Part shown: piece after piece, positions 13,003-25,379 of the stretch | How positions within the stretch are numbered: position 1 is the stretch's first letter | How the letters are laid out: the number at the start of each line of letters is the position of its first letter | NCBI GenBank assembly: GCA_043228905.1 | Contig: JBHGNT010000002.1 | Location: 17,794,001-17,858,000 of the forward strand | Length of the DNA: 64,000 nt | Source of the DNA: Azolla caroliniana | Lineage: Eukaryota; Plantae; Polypodiophyta | Direction of reading: 5' to 3' | Made by a program: the position numbers and the translations under genes | The notes under the pieces: model-generated | Database searches by the model: none | Told to the model about the DNA's origin: nothing | What the model saw: only the letters and a program-made list of their open reading frames with translations

Positions 13003-16000
13003 GAAAGTGACAAAGAGATGTATCCATGAAAGCGGAGAGGATCATAAAGTGGGTTAAGAATAGGAAGAGATTACATAAAAACTTCCACTACATGAAGAGT
13101 TGTCCTTCAAGCCTTTATCACAGACACTCTTATATCAAAAAGTGGGCTTCATTATGCATGCAAACATGCATGCCACCATGTGCCACACATGCAACACTTT
13201 TGCTTGCATGCCACAAGGAATTCTTAGAATTCAGGCTTGTAGATGGTTGAATCTATCATATAAGTCTCAAGAAAGTTGTAGAACGTCAAGTTAGCTTTAC
13301 AACTGTCACACTCTAGACTCAAACCTCTAGCCTGTAACACACCCAATACATAGTGTTGTGTTAAATAAACCATATGGAAACTCTTGAGTTATATATAAAT
13401 TCATATATAGTTTAGTATTGGATAGTCTAACATATAGTACATTCTAGAATATTCTAGTTGTTAGTATATTCTAGAGATATTTCTCGGGTATATATTCTAG
13501 AGATATTCAATCTCAGAACTTGTATGAATATGTATGTTCACCTAGATTATAATCAAGGGATTCAACACCAATCATTGACACATCAATCTACTATTCTCAT
13601 TTCATTCCATCTTGTCTCCTTCTTCATCTCTGTCTTCATGCTCTCCATAGCATCCTAAGTTCATAGTCTCATCACTCACAACTTCTAGAGTTCCTAGCCT
13701 CGTCACTTCCAGTTCCATGTTTGAGCCTTATCGATCATGTGCTCGTGACAGTTTGAATCCCTTCCCCTAGAGACATCACATCATCTTTGTCACCATTGTT
13801 TTTTGTAGAGACACCATTGTTACTGTCATTGCTTCTAGAGACACTGTCGTCACTTTCCTAGTGGGGATCAAATCATTTCTTGCTTAGTCCACATTTCGCT
13901 CCACTTTCCTATGACGAGGATTGATTTCGATCGCTCACCTTCTAGTTCCGCCTTGAGTATATATAAGCCCAACTGGGAGGTTGTAAAGAGGGAGAGAGTT
14001 TTGAAGAGAATAACATAGCCTGCCATTAGAGCTTTTAACTGTGTGCAACTATCTTGCTTGAATCTTGTCTATCTTTCACAAAATGTTTCTATAGTTTACT
14101 GTGTTGTTTGCTTGACACTAATCTATAGGTCTTCTTCACCTTCCGTTGCATAACATCAACATACTTTCATCATTTGGTATTAGAGCGACCTTGCTATCCG
14201 GCAACAACGAACAACAGAAAACTAAGAAGAAAAGCTATTTGGGTGAGAGAAAAGACTAGACTAGCAACATCTACTTTCCAGAAAATGGTGACACAGTCCG
14301 ACACAAGTGTGGAAATCCGAAAGTTCGATGGGAAGTACTTCACTTTGTGGAAAGAGATGATGCAAGATGTGCTAATAATCTAAAGATAGAGAATATGGCA
14401 CAACTCTAAGCCGGCTTCGATGTTCACTGAAGAGTGGAAATCTATGGACGAAATCGCATGCTCCACCATCTGGATGCACCTGGCTGAAAATGTCTATTTT
14501 AGCATGGGAAAGGAGACAACAACATTCTCATTGTGGGATAAGCTACAAGCTGTATACAAGGAGAAATTCGCCTTGTCAAAGCTCATATTGATCAGACAAC
14601 TATTCAATATGAAGATGAGAGAGATGGATCTGGCGACCTCCCACATCAACACCTTAAGCTGGGTGTTGTCCGAACTCTCCTCCCAAGGGATTAACTTTGA
14701 AGAAGAAGTTAAAGCCCTTGCCCTCCTTTCTAGCTTGTGAGTGAGTTGGGAGGTATTTTGCACGACATTCGCCAACAACTGTCCGAATCTCCCTTTGGAC
14801 GAAACAATCGGACAAGTCCTGACCGAGGACATCTAGTGACGATCAATGGGTCTAACCATTGATAACTCAACAAAAGCCCACCACTTGAACGAGACAATAG
14901 AGAGAACTGGACAAAGCACTAGTAGACCGAGAAAGAGGGAAGATCACCAATGATCAAAGTCGAGGAATAATTGGTTGAACGCTTTCTACACACATTGTAG
15001 AAAGGCCGGCCACAACATTTCTGACTGCTAGTCGATCATGTGAAAGGAGAATGGTTGGCGATTCGATTAGACTTAAGGAAAATCCGATTCAAACCGTTCT
15101 CTAATTGCAACCAAGTCAATGTTGCCGAATCCCAATTCAGAGAAGTCTTCTCCGTGGAAGACTCTTCGACCGATGAATTCCTATACAACCTGCAAGATGC
15201 GCGAATGTGGCTGTTGGACTCCGACGCCACATTTTATGTGACCCTTGACATTGAATGGTTTTTGGACTATTCAATTGGAGTCAGAGACACTATCCGACTC
15301 GACAACAAACAAGAGTGCATAATTGCAGGGATTGGAGAAGTCCCAATTCAATTGCCAAATGGCAATTTGATAATCCTGCATCGAGTCCAACATCTACCCA
15401 AGCGGAGTCTGGTCTCCATCGGCATGCTAGCCGAAGAAAGGTACAAGATGACTCTTAGGGAGTTATGAACGATTAGCCGAGGGAACATGAAAATTGGATG
15501 CGGATACAAGTATAATAACTTATATCTGTTGATGGAGATCAACCTAGAGGGCATAGTGAACGTAGCTGAATCACACAATTCGAATTTATGGCATGGCCAA
15601 CTCACCCATATGTCGCAAGCCCGACTGGACCAACTGACAGTGATCGGCTACATCCCGAAACTACAAATGAAGATGAACTTTTGCGAGCATTGTTGTTATG
15701 GGAAACATACCCGAAGTCTGCAATCTCTCCACTATGAGACGGTACGACAACCCCTAGAACTAGTCCACATAGATATATGGGGGCGATGCTCAAAAGGTCA
15801 TTAGGAGGCTCCTGATGCTTCATCATGTTCGTAGATGATTGTACATGCAGGGTTTGGGCTTACTCGATTAAGTTCAAAGATGAAGCGCTCGAGGTCTTCT
15901 CTTAGTGGTTTGCCAAAGAGGAGAACCGATCTGGACATAGGTGAAGACACTCCAGTTCGACAATGGAGGTGAGTACACATCCTGAGCCTTCAAACAGTAC

Positions 16001-16369
16001 CTATCCAACAAAGGAATCCGGCACCAAAAGACCGTTCCATATACCCCCATGCAAAACGGCGTGGCAGAATGGATGAACCAGTGAACCAGACGATCCCAGA
16101 GAGGGTGACGGCAATGCTCCAAAAATCTGGACTAAAGTTGGAATTCTGGGCCGAAGCATTGCAGACAACCTTTCATTTGATCAATCATTCGTTGTCAAGA
16201 TAAATCCGGCTCCAAGTGTCAGAGGCACTATGGTCAGGCAAACAACCGACCTACGATAGGCTCCGTTGTTGTGGTGTGGCGTGTGCAGTGTGAGAAAAAG
16301 CGAGGTTCCACGCACATCTCATTAAATAATGTATAAATAATAATAATAATAATAATAAGTAACTTGTAG

Positions 16370-16425
16370 TAGCTTACTGGTTAAGACTTATGAGTATATG
16401 TAGAGAGGTGTAGAGTTCGAGCCTC
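16370..16425 (+). promoter_or_regulatory. tRNA-like Pol III A/B boxes in LTR A (second copy at ~23874-23930)
   Basis: TAGCTTA(C/G)TGGTTAA ... GAGTTCGAGCC with 45 nt between T8 and G53, as in tRNA genes. Confidence 0.6.
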
Positions 16426-18234
16426 TCTTCTTATAAATCAAAGAGTATTTTGCTCCCATTCCATTTCTGTGATAAACGAAAAAAAAAAAACCCATGTAAT
16501 GTTAAAATAAACTCCTCTTTCCTCTATAAGAGAGGAAGGATAGGGCTTATTTGGGGGTTGCCCATTTTGGCTTAGGGGTGTACCACTAGGGTTTCATCTT
16601 CTTCTCCTCTTCTTCTTGGGTTAGGGTTTGAGAGCTTCTCTCTTTCTCCTCAACATACAAGAGGACTTAGTATTTTAGGGTTTGAGAGATTTTCTTCTAG
16701 TATTCTACTTCTTACTCAAGATAATTTAGGGTTTGGATTTCCTAAACAACGGCTTTTTTGGCATCTCGGTGGTAGTCAACTCGGTGGCCGTTGCGGAAGG
16801 GAGGTTGTAGTGGCACGAGGGCTACTCCGAATCGAGGCAACATAGCCATCGGAAGTAGTTGAGCTCGGAGCCCACTAGACTCGCCTTCGCTAGATTATTC
16901 TAGGCTTTGGTTAATTTATAACCGATTATTGTAATAACCATTGAAATCGTGGTGTCAAGCCTAACAATTGTAAAAAAATTAAAATAGAAACCCTAATCTA
17001 TATAAAAAATTATGTATATTTCCCCATGTCTTTGTCTTAATCTCCCACTTCCTCACTACTTTTGTCTCCCCGATCCATGGTTGTTTACGTACCCATATTT
17101 AACGTTTTAATACGTATAGTACCTCATAATTTGTATAGTACGTACTATACCTCAATGTTGTTTAGTCAAATATCATGTACATTTGTCCAATATGGTATTT
17201 AACGTATTTATAAAACAACAGGTATAATACGTAATTATAAAGAAAATGTACTAAGTAAAACCCCAACAAAAAGCGAAAGAAAAAAAAGAATTTAGTGAAA
17301 AAGAAGCCAAAGGAAGGAAGAAAGAAGAATAGAAGAGACGACGATAAAGAAGAAGAAGAGAGAAAAGAAGACATAAACCTGTCTTGACTCTGAGTGTGAT
17401 AATCACAGAAGATAGAAGAAGAAGACGAAGAAAAGAGAAACCTATCATGAGTGTGATAATCGTAGACGATTCCTCAATCTATGAAGGCATAATTGTAAAT
17501 AATTACAATTTGAAGTAGAAAATCGTGATACACACTTACACTAATTTATAAAATAAGTGAATGTCGACATTCATATTACTACAAGTATTTTGGGATGTGA
17601 AATGTTTAAATGTCTTATATGCATTTTAGGATGTAGAACTATATTGTACATCACAAAATTGTGTAAACATAGATGTTTTTTACAATATTATAGATATTTT
17701 TTAGAAAGGTAAATAATTTTCAAATTCTAGAAGTATTTAACGTTGTCGTGCCTTTCGGCTCCGGATCGTTGCGTGAGTCGGGTAGGAACCGATGGGGTTT
17801 TGGACTAGGAGGAAAGAAAATTCTAGGGCAATTAAGAATATGAAATATATTGTAAGAAAGAAAGATATGAAAAACTCGTGAATCCCATGAGTATAGTGTA
17901 TTAGTGAGTACTCAGATTAAGAGAGAGAAAAATAGTTAGCAAATTCGTGAATCCCACGATTATATTATTAATGCACCCTTGTAAAATAAGCAACAACCTC
18001 TATACATCTTTCTCTCTTCCTTATATAGTGTTGGAAGAGTCTAAGTTTATCACATGCAAGCATCATGCTTTTCCTATCTTTAGTTTTCATGCACACTGCA
18101 TGTGCATGATTAGCTTTCTATCTCATCTTTTCTTTTAACTCGAGTGTCTATGCATGAATAACTTTTTGTACCATGCATGTCTAGAATATTTACATGGGAT
18201 AAAGTTTAGTATAACTTTAAAATTCATAATACGC

Positions 18235-18291
18235 TAGTATAATGATAAAGCTTAACATTATTAACATGGAGGTGCAAGGTTCGAATCTTGC
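18235..18291 (+). promoter_or_regulatory. tRNA-like Pol III A/B boxes in LTR C (antisense to the element)
   Basis: TAGTATAATGA...GAGGTGCAAGGTTCGAATCTTGC, 44-nt spacing. Confidence 0.55.
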
Positions 18292-18642
18292 CCTATGCAT
18301 GTAATATATAATTTTATACTTTCTTCTATTTACAAATATGTCTCTTCATCTGGTGAGAAACTCTCACCGGCCTTCTTCATCCGGCTCTTGCCGGTTCTGC
18401 TTCATCCGGTTCTCGTCGGTTTTCTTTATCCGGTTCTTACCGGATCCTCCTTACCGGTCCTCTTTGTCCGTTTCTCACCGACTCTCACCGGCCTTCTTCC
18501 TTCCGGTTCTCACTGGGTACTCCATATCCTATCCGGAGAAACCAAAAATGTAATTTTTCACGTAGTGTGCGAATTACACTACGACACTCGCCCCCTCCGA
18601 ACCCACACATCCTCCGGTATGTGCCGAAGTCCCCGATGCTTG

Positions 18643-21600
18643 CTATTCACCTTCATCCGATGCTTCCTCCAATTCTCCCCTTAAGTCGACTATGAGTTGT
18701 AATCCACATTCCTCGCTTTCCTCATCACCGCAATCTTCGTCCGATTGCTCATTCTTGTTGGTGGTCTTGTCTAGGATCACATAAGGTTCTTCTTCAGTCC
18801 GCTTCTTGAAAATCTTCACCCGTTTCCCGGCTATAGGACTCGTATCATCGTTCCATCCAACTCGCATAGTCGGTAAGTTCCGTTGTCGAAAGCTTTCCAA
18901 ACCTCGTATGGCCCGAACCACCTTTTCACGAACTTCCGCATCGTTGTATGTTGATGATCCAAACTATTGTCGTAGACAATCACCCAATCTCCTTCTTCAA
19001 TCTTCCGCGGTTGTAGTTGGTGCTTTGTGTCGAACCGGCTTTTATTCCGGAATCGCGCTTCTTGTTGTCGGCGTATTGCTTCCGCTATGTCTTCCGGTCT
19101 TCCCTCTGGTTGTCATATCCGAACCGCTAGTAATTCTTCCCGGCTCATCTCTTCCTTCCACGGTAGCACTGTCCATGTCGCGATTGCAGTTTCCGTTGGC
19201 ATTACCAGTGCTTGTCCAGTCATGAGTTCTGCCGGCATGTAACCGGTTACGGAGCTATGCGTCGTCCGATCCGCCCATAGTGCATACGGAAGCATCTGCG
19301 GCCAATCCTTCACCCTTCCATCGCATGCCTTCGCAAGTGCTTTGACAATCGGACTATGTCCTCGTTCGATCTTCCCGTTGGCTTCCGGATTGTATGCCGT
19401 TGTCAGTGTTAACTGAACTCCATGTTTAGTGAAAAATTCAATAGCTTTATCAGAGTCGAGTTCTCCCCGATCCGCAATCACTTGTCCTACGCACCCGTAC
19501 CTACAAAACACTTCTTCCAAAAGGAATTGGCATATCGTAGAACACGTTTTCCTCCGTAGCGCCCGACCTTCTACTTGGTTTGTGAGATCTTCCCGAGCTA
19601 ACACCAAGTACTTCTTTTGTCCGATCCCGGTTGGCATGGCTACAATATCAACCATCCATTTGAAGTTGATTGTTGGTGAGAATGTCGGATGTAACTCATC
19701 TCGGTGTCGAACTCCGGAGTAGATTTGACACTTCTCGCAGCTTTCCGTGAACTCCGCTATATCTTTGTACATGTTCTTCCACCAATATTTTTGTTTGATT
19801 TTCACAAAAGTTGCCCATGTTCCTCAATGTCCAGCCCAATCGGATTCGTGAAATTCGGACATTATCCGGTTTTGTTGCTCTTTTGTCTCGACTACTCGAA
19901 GTGGTATGCCATCCGGTCTTTTCAGCTCCCTCCATAGTAATCCATTTTTCGTGAAGAACTTTTGGACTTGCCGCTTCTTACTTCGGATCTCGGCTCTCTT
20001 CTCTTTATTGTCCGATGATTCCTCGATTTCTTGTAGCACTTTCCCGATCAACAAGCTTTCTCCCTCGTATTCTTCTTCCCGGAAATCTTGGATTACGTTC
20101 ACCCGACATATGTGCTCCGAAACAAAGTAGTCTTCAGAAACTTCTTCATTATCGGATTCGGTTATGTTATCTCCGAACCGCGCCCTTGATAACATATCCG
20201 CTACCGTGTTGTTTTTTCCGGAGATGTGTTGTACCTCCGGATTAAGTGAGTTAACATATGCAATCCATCTTAGCATAGCCACATGCGGTATCATGCAACA
20301 CCGCATCATCCCGAGTATCGGAAGACAATCCGTTTCGATCACTACTTCGGCTTCGATCAAATAATCTCGATCCGATTTGATTGCCGACACGACTCCCCAT
20401 AATTCTCTTTTAACTTGTGCATATCCGCATTGCCTTTCGTTGAGAACCTTTGCTCCGAATCGGATCGGATATCGCGAACCTTCCGGATTGGCTTGATTGA
20501 TGACCCATTCGATTCCGGTTGGACTTGTGTCAACCGTTACTATGATCGGTTGGTCATACTTCGGCTTCTTTAGTGCTTTTGCCCTCTGTAGTGATTTCTT
20601 GAGCTTCTTCACGGCTTTGGTATGCTCCGGTTTCCATTCAAACTTCTTACCCTTCCGCAACAAGTGATAGAGTGGGTCCGCTATATGTGCATAGTGTGGA
20701 ATCCATATGTGGTAGAATGCACATGCTCCAAGAAACCTTCGAACTTCGGATTGTGACTCGCATACTTCTTTCATAGCTTGAATCGCGTCGATCTTGGTTG
20801 GTGACGGTCTTCGGCCGTAGGGCCCACATAGATGTCTGACTACCAATATTTCTTCTTGCCCGAATGCCGATTTCTCACCGGAAAGTGCTAGGTGCACATC
20901 TTCTAACTTTCGAAGCACTTTCTCGCAATCGTGAATATGGTCGACTACGAACTTTCGGCATCCCCGATCATCCATAGTTTCATCTTTTTCTTCTACCGTG
21001 CATCCTTTCATTGGAATGTCATCTAGGAACGACATCGTTATCTCCGGAATGCAGTCTCGAAGCACCTTGTTCATCGCATTCATCATATGTGCGACCGAGT
21101 TCATCGCACCTTGTGGTAGCGTACACATCCAAACTAATCCTATCGGTGTTCGCATGGTAGTGATGTCTCGGCTTGTTTGGGACAAGAGCTCTCTCTTGTT
21201 CCTTTCATGATTTGCCGGCACCGTTAGGAATTGGACGGATTTCCCTCCGTTTTGGCTCCGAATTCGTGCAAAAGCTGCACTGCTATCGAGCACCTTCGTC
21301 TCCATCCGTGATGCCGTGATAAAGGGTTGCCCGAGGATCACGGAGTGTGAGAACTTGTCTTGTACGAAGAAATTTTGGTCGATCTCGACATCCCCGATCT
21401 TCATCGTCACATCCGGACAAGCCGCAAATAGATCTTCCGTTGCTTTAGTGGCCGCCTGGATCTTCCATCCATGATTGGTGTTAATAGGACACTTCCCCTT
21501 ATGGTAGAACTCTTTGGACATCAAATTGATCTCCGATCCGTGATCAATCAATGCTAGCACGGGCTCTTTGATGTTTTCGATTCGGACCGGAGTCTCTGTA

Positions 21601-23221
21601 GTTGCACGCGCCCAGTGTGGCTTTGTATAGTGGGAATTCAGAATCTCGTCCTCCACTTCGGTGTTGTTCATCAGAATGGTATTTGCATTCACCATCGACG
21701 CATTTTCCTCTGTAGTTTTTCTTTTTCTTTTTACGAGATCCACAAGAAGATCATGGAACTCTTTTTTTGCTATTCCGAGTAGTTCCGAAGCGAAAAATCT
21801 ACCCGGCTGTCAAGGATTCTCTCCTCGAACACCTTTTTCAAGTCCATTTGTTGTTCGATGTCTGAGGCGAGCTTGAATGCCAGAATCGTTTTTCCTTTCC
21901 CTCTTCCATCGGAGTTCTAGCTCTCCGGTGTCTTCGATGGTCCAGCCGCATCCTCCGTGCGTCGCTGCTTCTCGTCCACATATACGTCAAGTAATTGACA
22001 TAGGGCGTATATGCTATTCTTATCGACGGGGCACTCCCATCCTGTAGCTTCCTAGATGCCTTCCATGGTGCTTCGGATCTCGTTAGAGTCGGTTTTCTCG
22101 GTGTTTTCTAGCACTTCCGGCCAAAAAGACACCTTTGCTCCTGATGACTCCCCGACACGTATTCCCACGGTTGTCTCGTAATTGCTCTTCGCCGCTATTT
22201 CCTCCTCTAGGACCTTCTTCATGCCACCTTTTCGGAAGTTCGGTCAGAGCGGCTTCTGAGAGTCCATCGAATGAATCCGATTTCACTCATAGTAGATAAG
22301 ATCCTGTTGTAGCGCTTCCTTGTGCTCGTTGCAATCCCTTCGATCATGTTCGGTGCTATCGCACCATATGCATCGACGGTCCATATACTTGGAACTTGTG
22401 GGACGGTCATCCGACTTCTTCACCATTGCGATTTTTAGATTCTCCATCTCCTTCAGCAACTGCTCCACCGTAGTTGCGTCGATTCCCTTCTCAGTCGTAG
22501 CTTCCCGAGCCCGCGGTTGATGGTCTTCCGATCTGGATCTCGGTTTCGGAATTGGTTCCGAAACCCTCTTTTCTTCATTGGCAAGCCATTGCCCCCTCTT
22601 TGTGTATGGCGCTACGATATCCCACATGTTTTCCCATGTTTCGGTGAGGCCACTTTCGGTAGTCGTGTCCTCTAGAAGCACTCCAAGATCCTTCCGGTCC
22701 TGGACGTCTATGGCTCGTAAGAACATGATAACTTTGTCCGGTGCGAGGATAGATTGATCTCTCGCAGACAACCTCCCGAACCGACTTTCAAATGCCGAAA
22801 ACACATCGAGGACCTTCATCCCCTTGTCCGGCGTTTCTACCCAATCCTCGAATCCTCTCCGCGTTGCCTTGGAGGAGTCCTCGATAGCGAACGTGGTCTT
22901 TAGCGCCTTGTCAAATGCTTCCCACGTTGGATTTTGTTGTCATAGCACGTGGATACTTTCTTGAAGCCCATCGGTAGCTACCCGGTTGAAGGATGTCATT
23001 TGCAGTCCTTCCGAAATCCCGCAGCGTATCATTTCCGCCTTGTAGTCCCGAAGATAGCGCGATACGTCCTTCCCGTTGAATTGCCCGATCCGTTGCACGA
23101 GCCGCTCTACCGCCACCGCTATCTCCGACATCGCACGTTGTTCTTGAAGCATCTGCTCGAACATCATCATCATGTTGTTAGCCTCTGGTTGAGTTTCCAT
23201 CTCCTTGCCACCCGTTTTCAC
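18643..23221 (-). pseudogene. gag-pro-pol of element C, with stops, frameshifts and an RT N-terminal deletion
   Basis: ORFs 22940-23221, 22283-22819 (CIWCDSTEHDRRDC knuckle), 19824-21743 (IDHGSE, FLDD, RNase H) and 19113-19805 (integrase). Confidence 0.9.
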
Positions 23222-24986
23222 GTCGGGTTCACCACTTGTGTCGTACCTTTCGGCTCCAGATCGTTGCGTGAGTCGGGTGGGAACCGTTGAGGTTTTGGAC
23301 TAGGAGGAAAGAAAATTCTAGAGGAATTAAGAATATGAAATATATTGCAACGTACTATACGTAAAATACGTATCTGACGTATTTTAGAAGTATTTAACAT
23401 ATTAAGAAAACGTATTTAACGTATTTTTAAATTGGGAGGTACTATACGCGTATTAATATGTTATATACGTATGGTATTCGTACCGTACCTAACGTCCTTG
23501 CCCTGGTCCAAGGCTCCGGCGGTCCTGTTCGAGTGACACACGCACGCGAAACTTCGCGACATTGGTGAACCCGGCGTGAAAGAGCGATAGGGGAGAACGG
23601 CCACAAACGAAGAAGATTTCGTGGAGATGATGTCGAAGAAGATGGTGGATTTCACGAGGGCAAGGCACAACGAAGAAGAAAAAAACAAAAAAACAAAGCT
23701 TGACAATATTTGGCCTCACCACATCACTTTTCTTTGGCACATGCCGGACGATGTGCGGTTTGGTGGGGGTGGATGTTGTGGTGTGGCGCATGCAGTGTGA
23801 GAAAAAGTGAGGTTCCACGTACATCTCATTAAATAATATATAAATAATAATAATAATAATAAGTAAATTGTAGTAGCTTAGTGGTTAAAACTTATGAGTA
23901 TATGTAGAGAGGTGTAGAGTTTGAGTCTCTCTTCTTACAAATCAAGGAGTATTTTGCTCCCCTTCCATTTCTGTAATAAACGAAAAAAAAAAACATGTAA
24001 TGTTAAAATAAGCTCCTCTTTCCTCTATAACAGAGGAGGGATATGGCTTATTTGGGGGTCGCGCATTTTGGCTTAGGGGTGTACCACTAGGGTTTCATCT
24101 TCTTCTCCTCTTCTTCTTCTTGGGTTAGGGTTTATTAGCCTCCCTTTCTCTTTCATCTCTTCCTTCTTGGGTTAGGGTTTCGTAGCCTCCCTTTCTCTTT
24201 CATCTTTTCCTTCTAGGGTTAGGGTTTGAGAGCTTCTCCCTTTCTCCTCAACATACAAGAGGACTTAGTATTTTAGGGTTTGAGAGATTTTCTTCTAGTA
24301 TTCTACTTCTTACTCAAGATAATTTAAGGTTTGGATTTCCTAAACAACGGCTTTTTCGGCATCTCGGTGGTAGTCAACTCAGTGGCCGTTGCGGAAGGGA
24401 GGTTGTAGTGGCATGAGGGCTACTCCGAATCGAGGCAACATAGCCGTCGGAAGTAGTCGAGCTCGGAGCCCACTAGACTCGCCTTCGCTATATTATTTTA
24501 GCCTTTGGTTGATTTATAACCGATTATTGTAATAACCATTGAAATCGTGGTGTCAAGCCTAACAATTGTAAAAAAATTAAAAATAGAAACCCTAATCTAT
24601 ATAAAAAATTATGTATATTTCCCCATGTCTTAATCTCCCACTTCCTCACTACTTTTGTCTCCCTTGCGGTTCCGTTCGAGCGACACGCACGCGAAACTTC
24701 GCGACACCGTACTTTCGGATGCAAAGCCTATGCCTTCATAGCAAGAGAGAAAAGGACCAAGCTAGTGCCCCATCCGACAAAGTGCATATTTCTCGGTTAT
24801 GGATTCGATGGAGAATTTGACTATTGGCTATGGGATCCGGAAAGTCGGAAGCTAATTCGAAGTAGTGACGTAGTCTTCAATGAAGACTACATGTTGGGAA
24901 CTGGAGCCGCCAGTGTGGAAACATAAACAACACCTGGAGATGAAGATCACCGAGTTATCATGTGTAAGCAAGATACACCAGAGGAT

Positions 24987-24988
<2 letters not shown>

Positions 24989-25044
<56 letters not shown>
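24989..25044. repeat. (GA)28 microsatellite
   Basis: Directly visible. Confidence 0.97.
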
Positions 25045-25047
<3 letters not shown>

Positions 25048-25379
25048 ACAATGTAACAATATTATTTAGAGAATGGTTACAATATAATGGAGGCGGCTGC
25101 CCTCTGTTAAAATAACAACAATCTTATGAGCTAGGTTACAAAGCCCTTTATATACTAACTGGGCTAGGGCAATAATTGCCCTTTTCTTGAATATGCTATA
25201 CAAATTTGGAATGATGGATTGCCGATCCATCACCATTCCTCTCGATTGAAACCCGAAACTTTGTTATGACAGGGGAACGACTTGCGATGAGAAATGGTTT
25301 TGGCAAATTGTTGGAACCCTGATATACTTAATGATCACTCGACCAGATCTCAACTATCCAGTCAATGTGATAATCCAAT

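Larger units (their letters stand above)
17744..23349 (-). mobile_element. Element C: decayed autonomous non-chromovirus Ty3/Gypsy (same lineage as F)
   Basis: 3' LTR 17744-18586; internally deleted 5' LTR 23239-23349; PBS 23218-23234; TSD ACGT (17740-17743, 23350-23353). Confidence 0.92.
17076..23500. mobile_element. hAT-like non-autonomous DNA element inserted in the 5' LTR of A, itself split by element C
   Basis: Imperfect TIRs CATGGTTGTT../..AACGTCCTTG; decayed 8-bp TSD CCCCGATC/CCCTGGTC; TACGTA subterminal repeats at both ends. Confidence 0.7.
16267..24706 (+). mobile_element. Element A: TRIM-like non-autonomous Ty3/Gypsy derivative (~0.9-kb LTRs, ~210-bp internal region)
   Basis: 5' LTR 16267-17075 + 23501-23561; PBS TGGTGAACCCGGCGTGA 23563-23579; PPT ~23760-23773; 3' LTR 23774-24706; TSD CCGT (16263-16266, 24707-24710). 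Confidence 0.9.
13912..24988 (+). mobile_element. Degenerate Ty1/Copia element (5' LTR, PBS, gag-PR-IN) split by element A
   Basis: LTR ends at 14172 (start uncertain); PBS 14175-14186. Gag EIRKFDGKYFTLWK, PR WLLDSDA, IN LWHGQL..CEHC. Integrase ...YDRLR at 16266 resumes as TFGCKAYA at 24711. Confidence 0.85.

Noticed and set aside
12800-13740. Solo LTR
   Set aside because: LTR-like composition, but I could not define termini or a TSD
16360-16435. Functional tRNA genes in LTRs
   Set aside because: A/B boxes and a T arm are present, but I could not form acceptor or anticodon stems
24113-24230. Interstitial telomere
   Set aside because: Only isolated telo-boxes within a longer LTR repeat unit, not tandem TTTAGGG
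16267-24706. Retrozyme (hammerhead ribozyme in LTR)
   Set aside because: No CUGAnGA...GAAA core seen by eye; an Infernal search would be needed to exclude it formally
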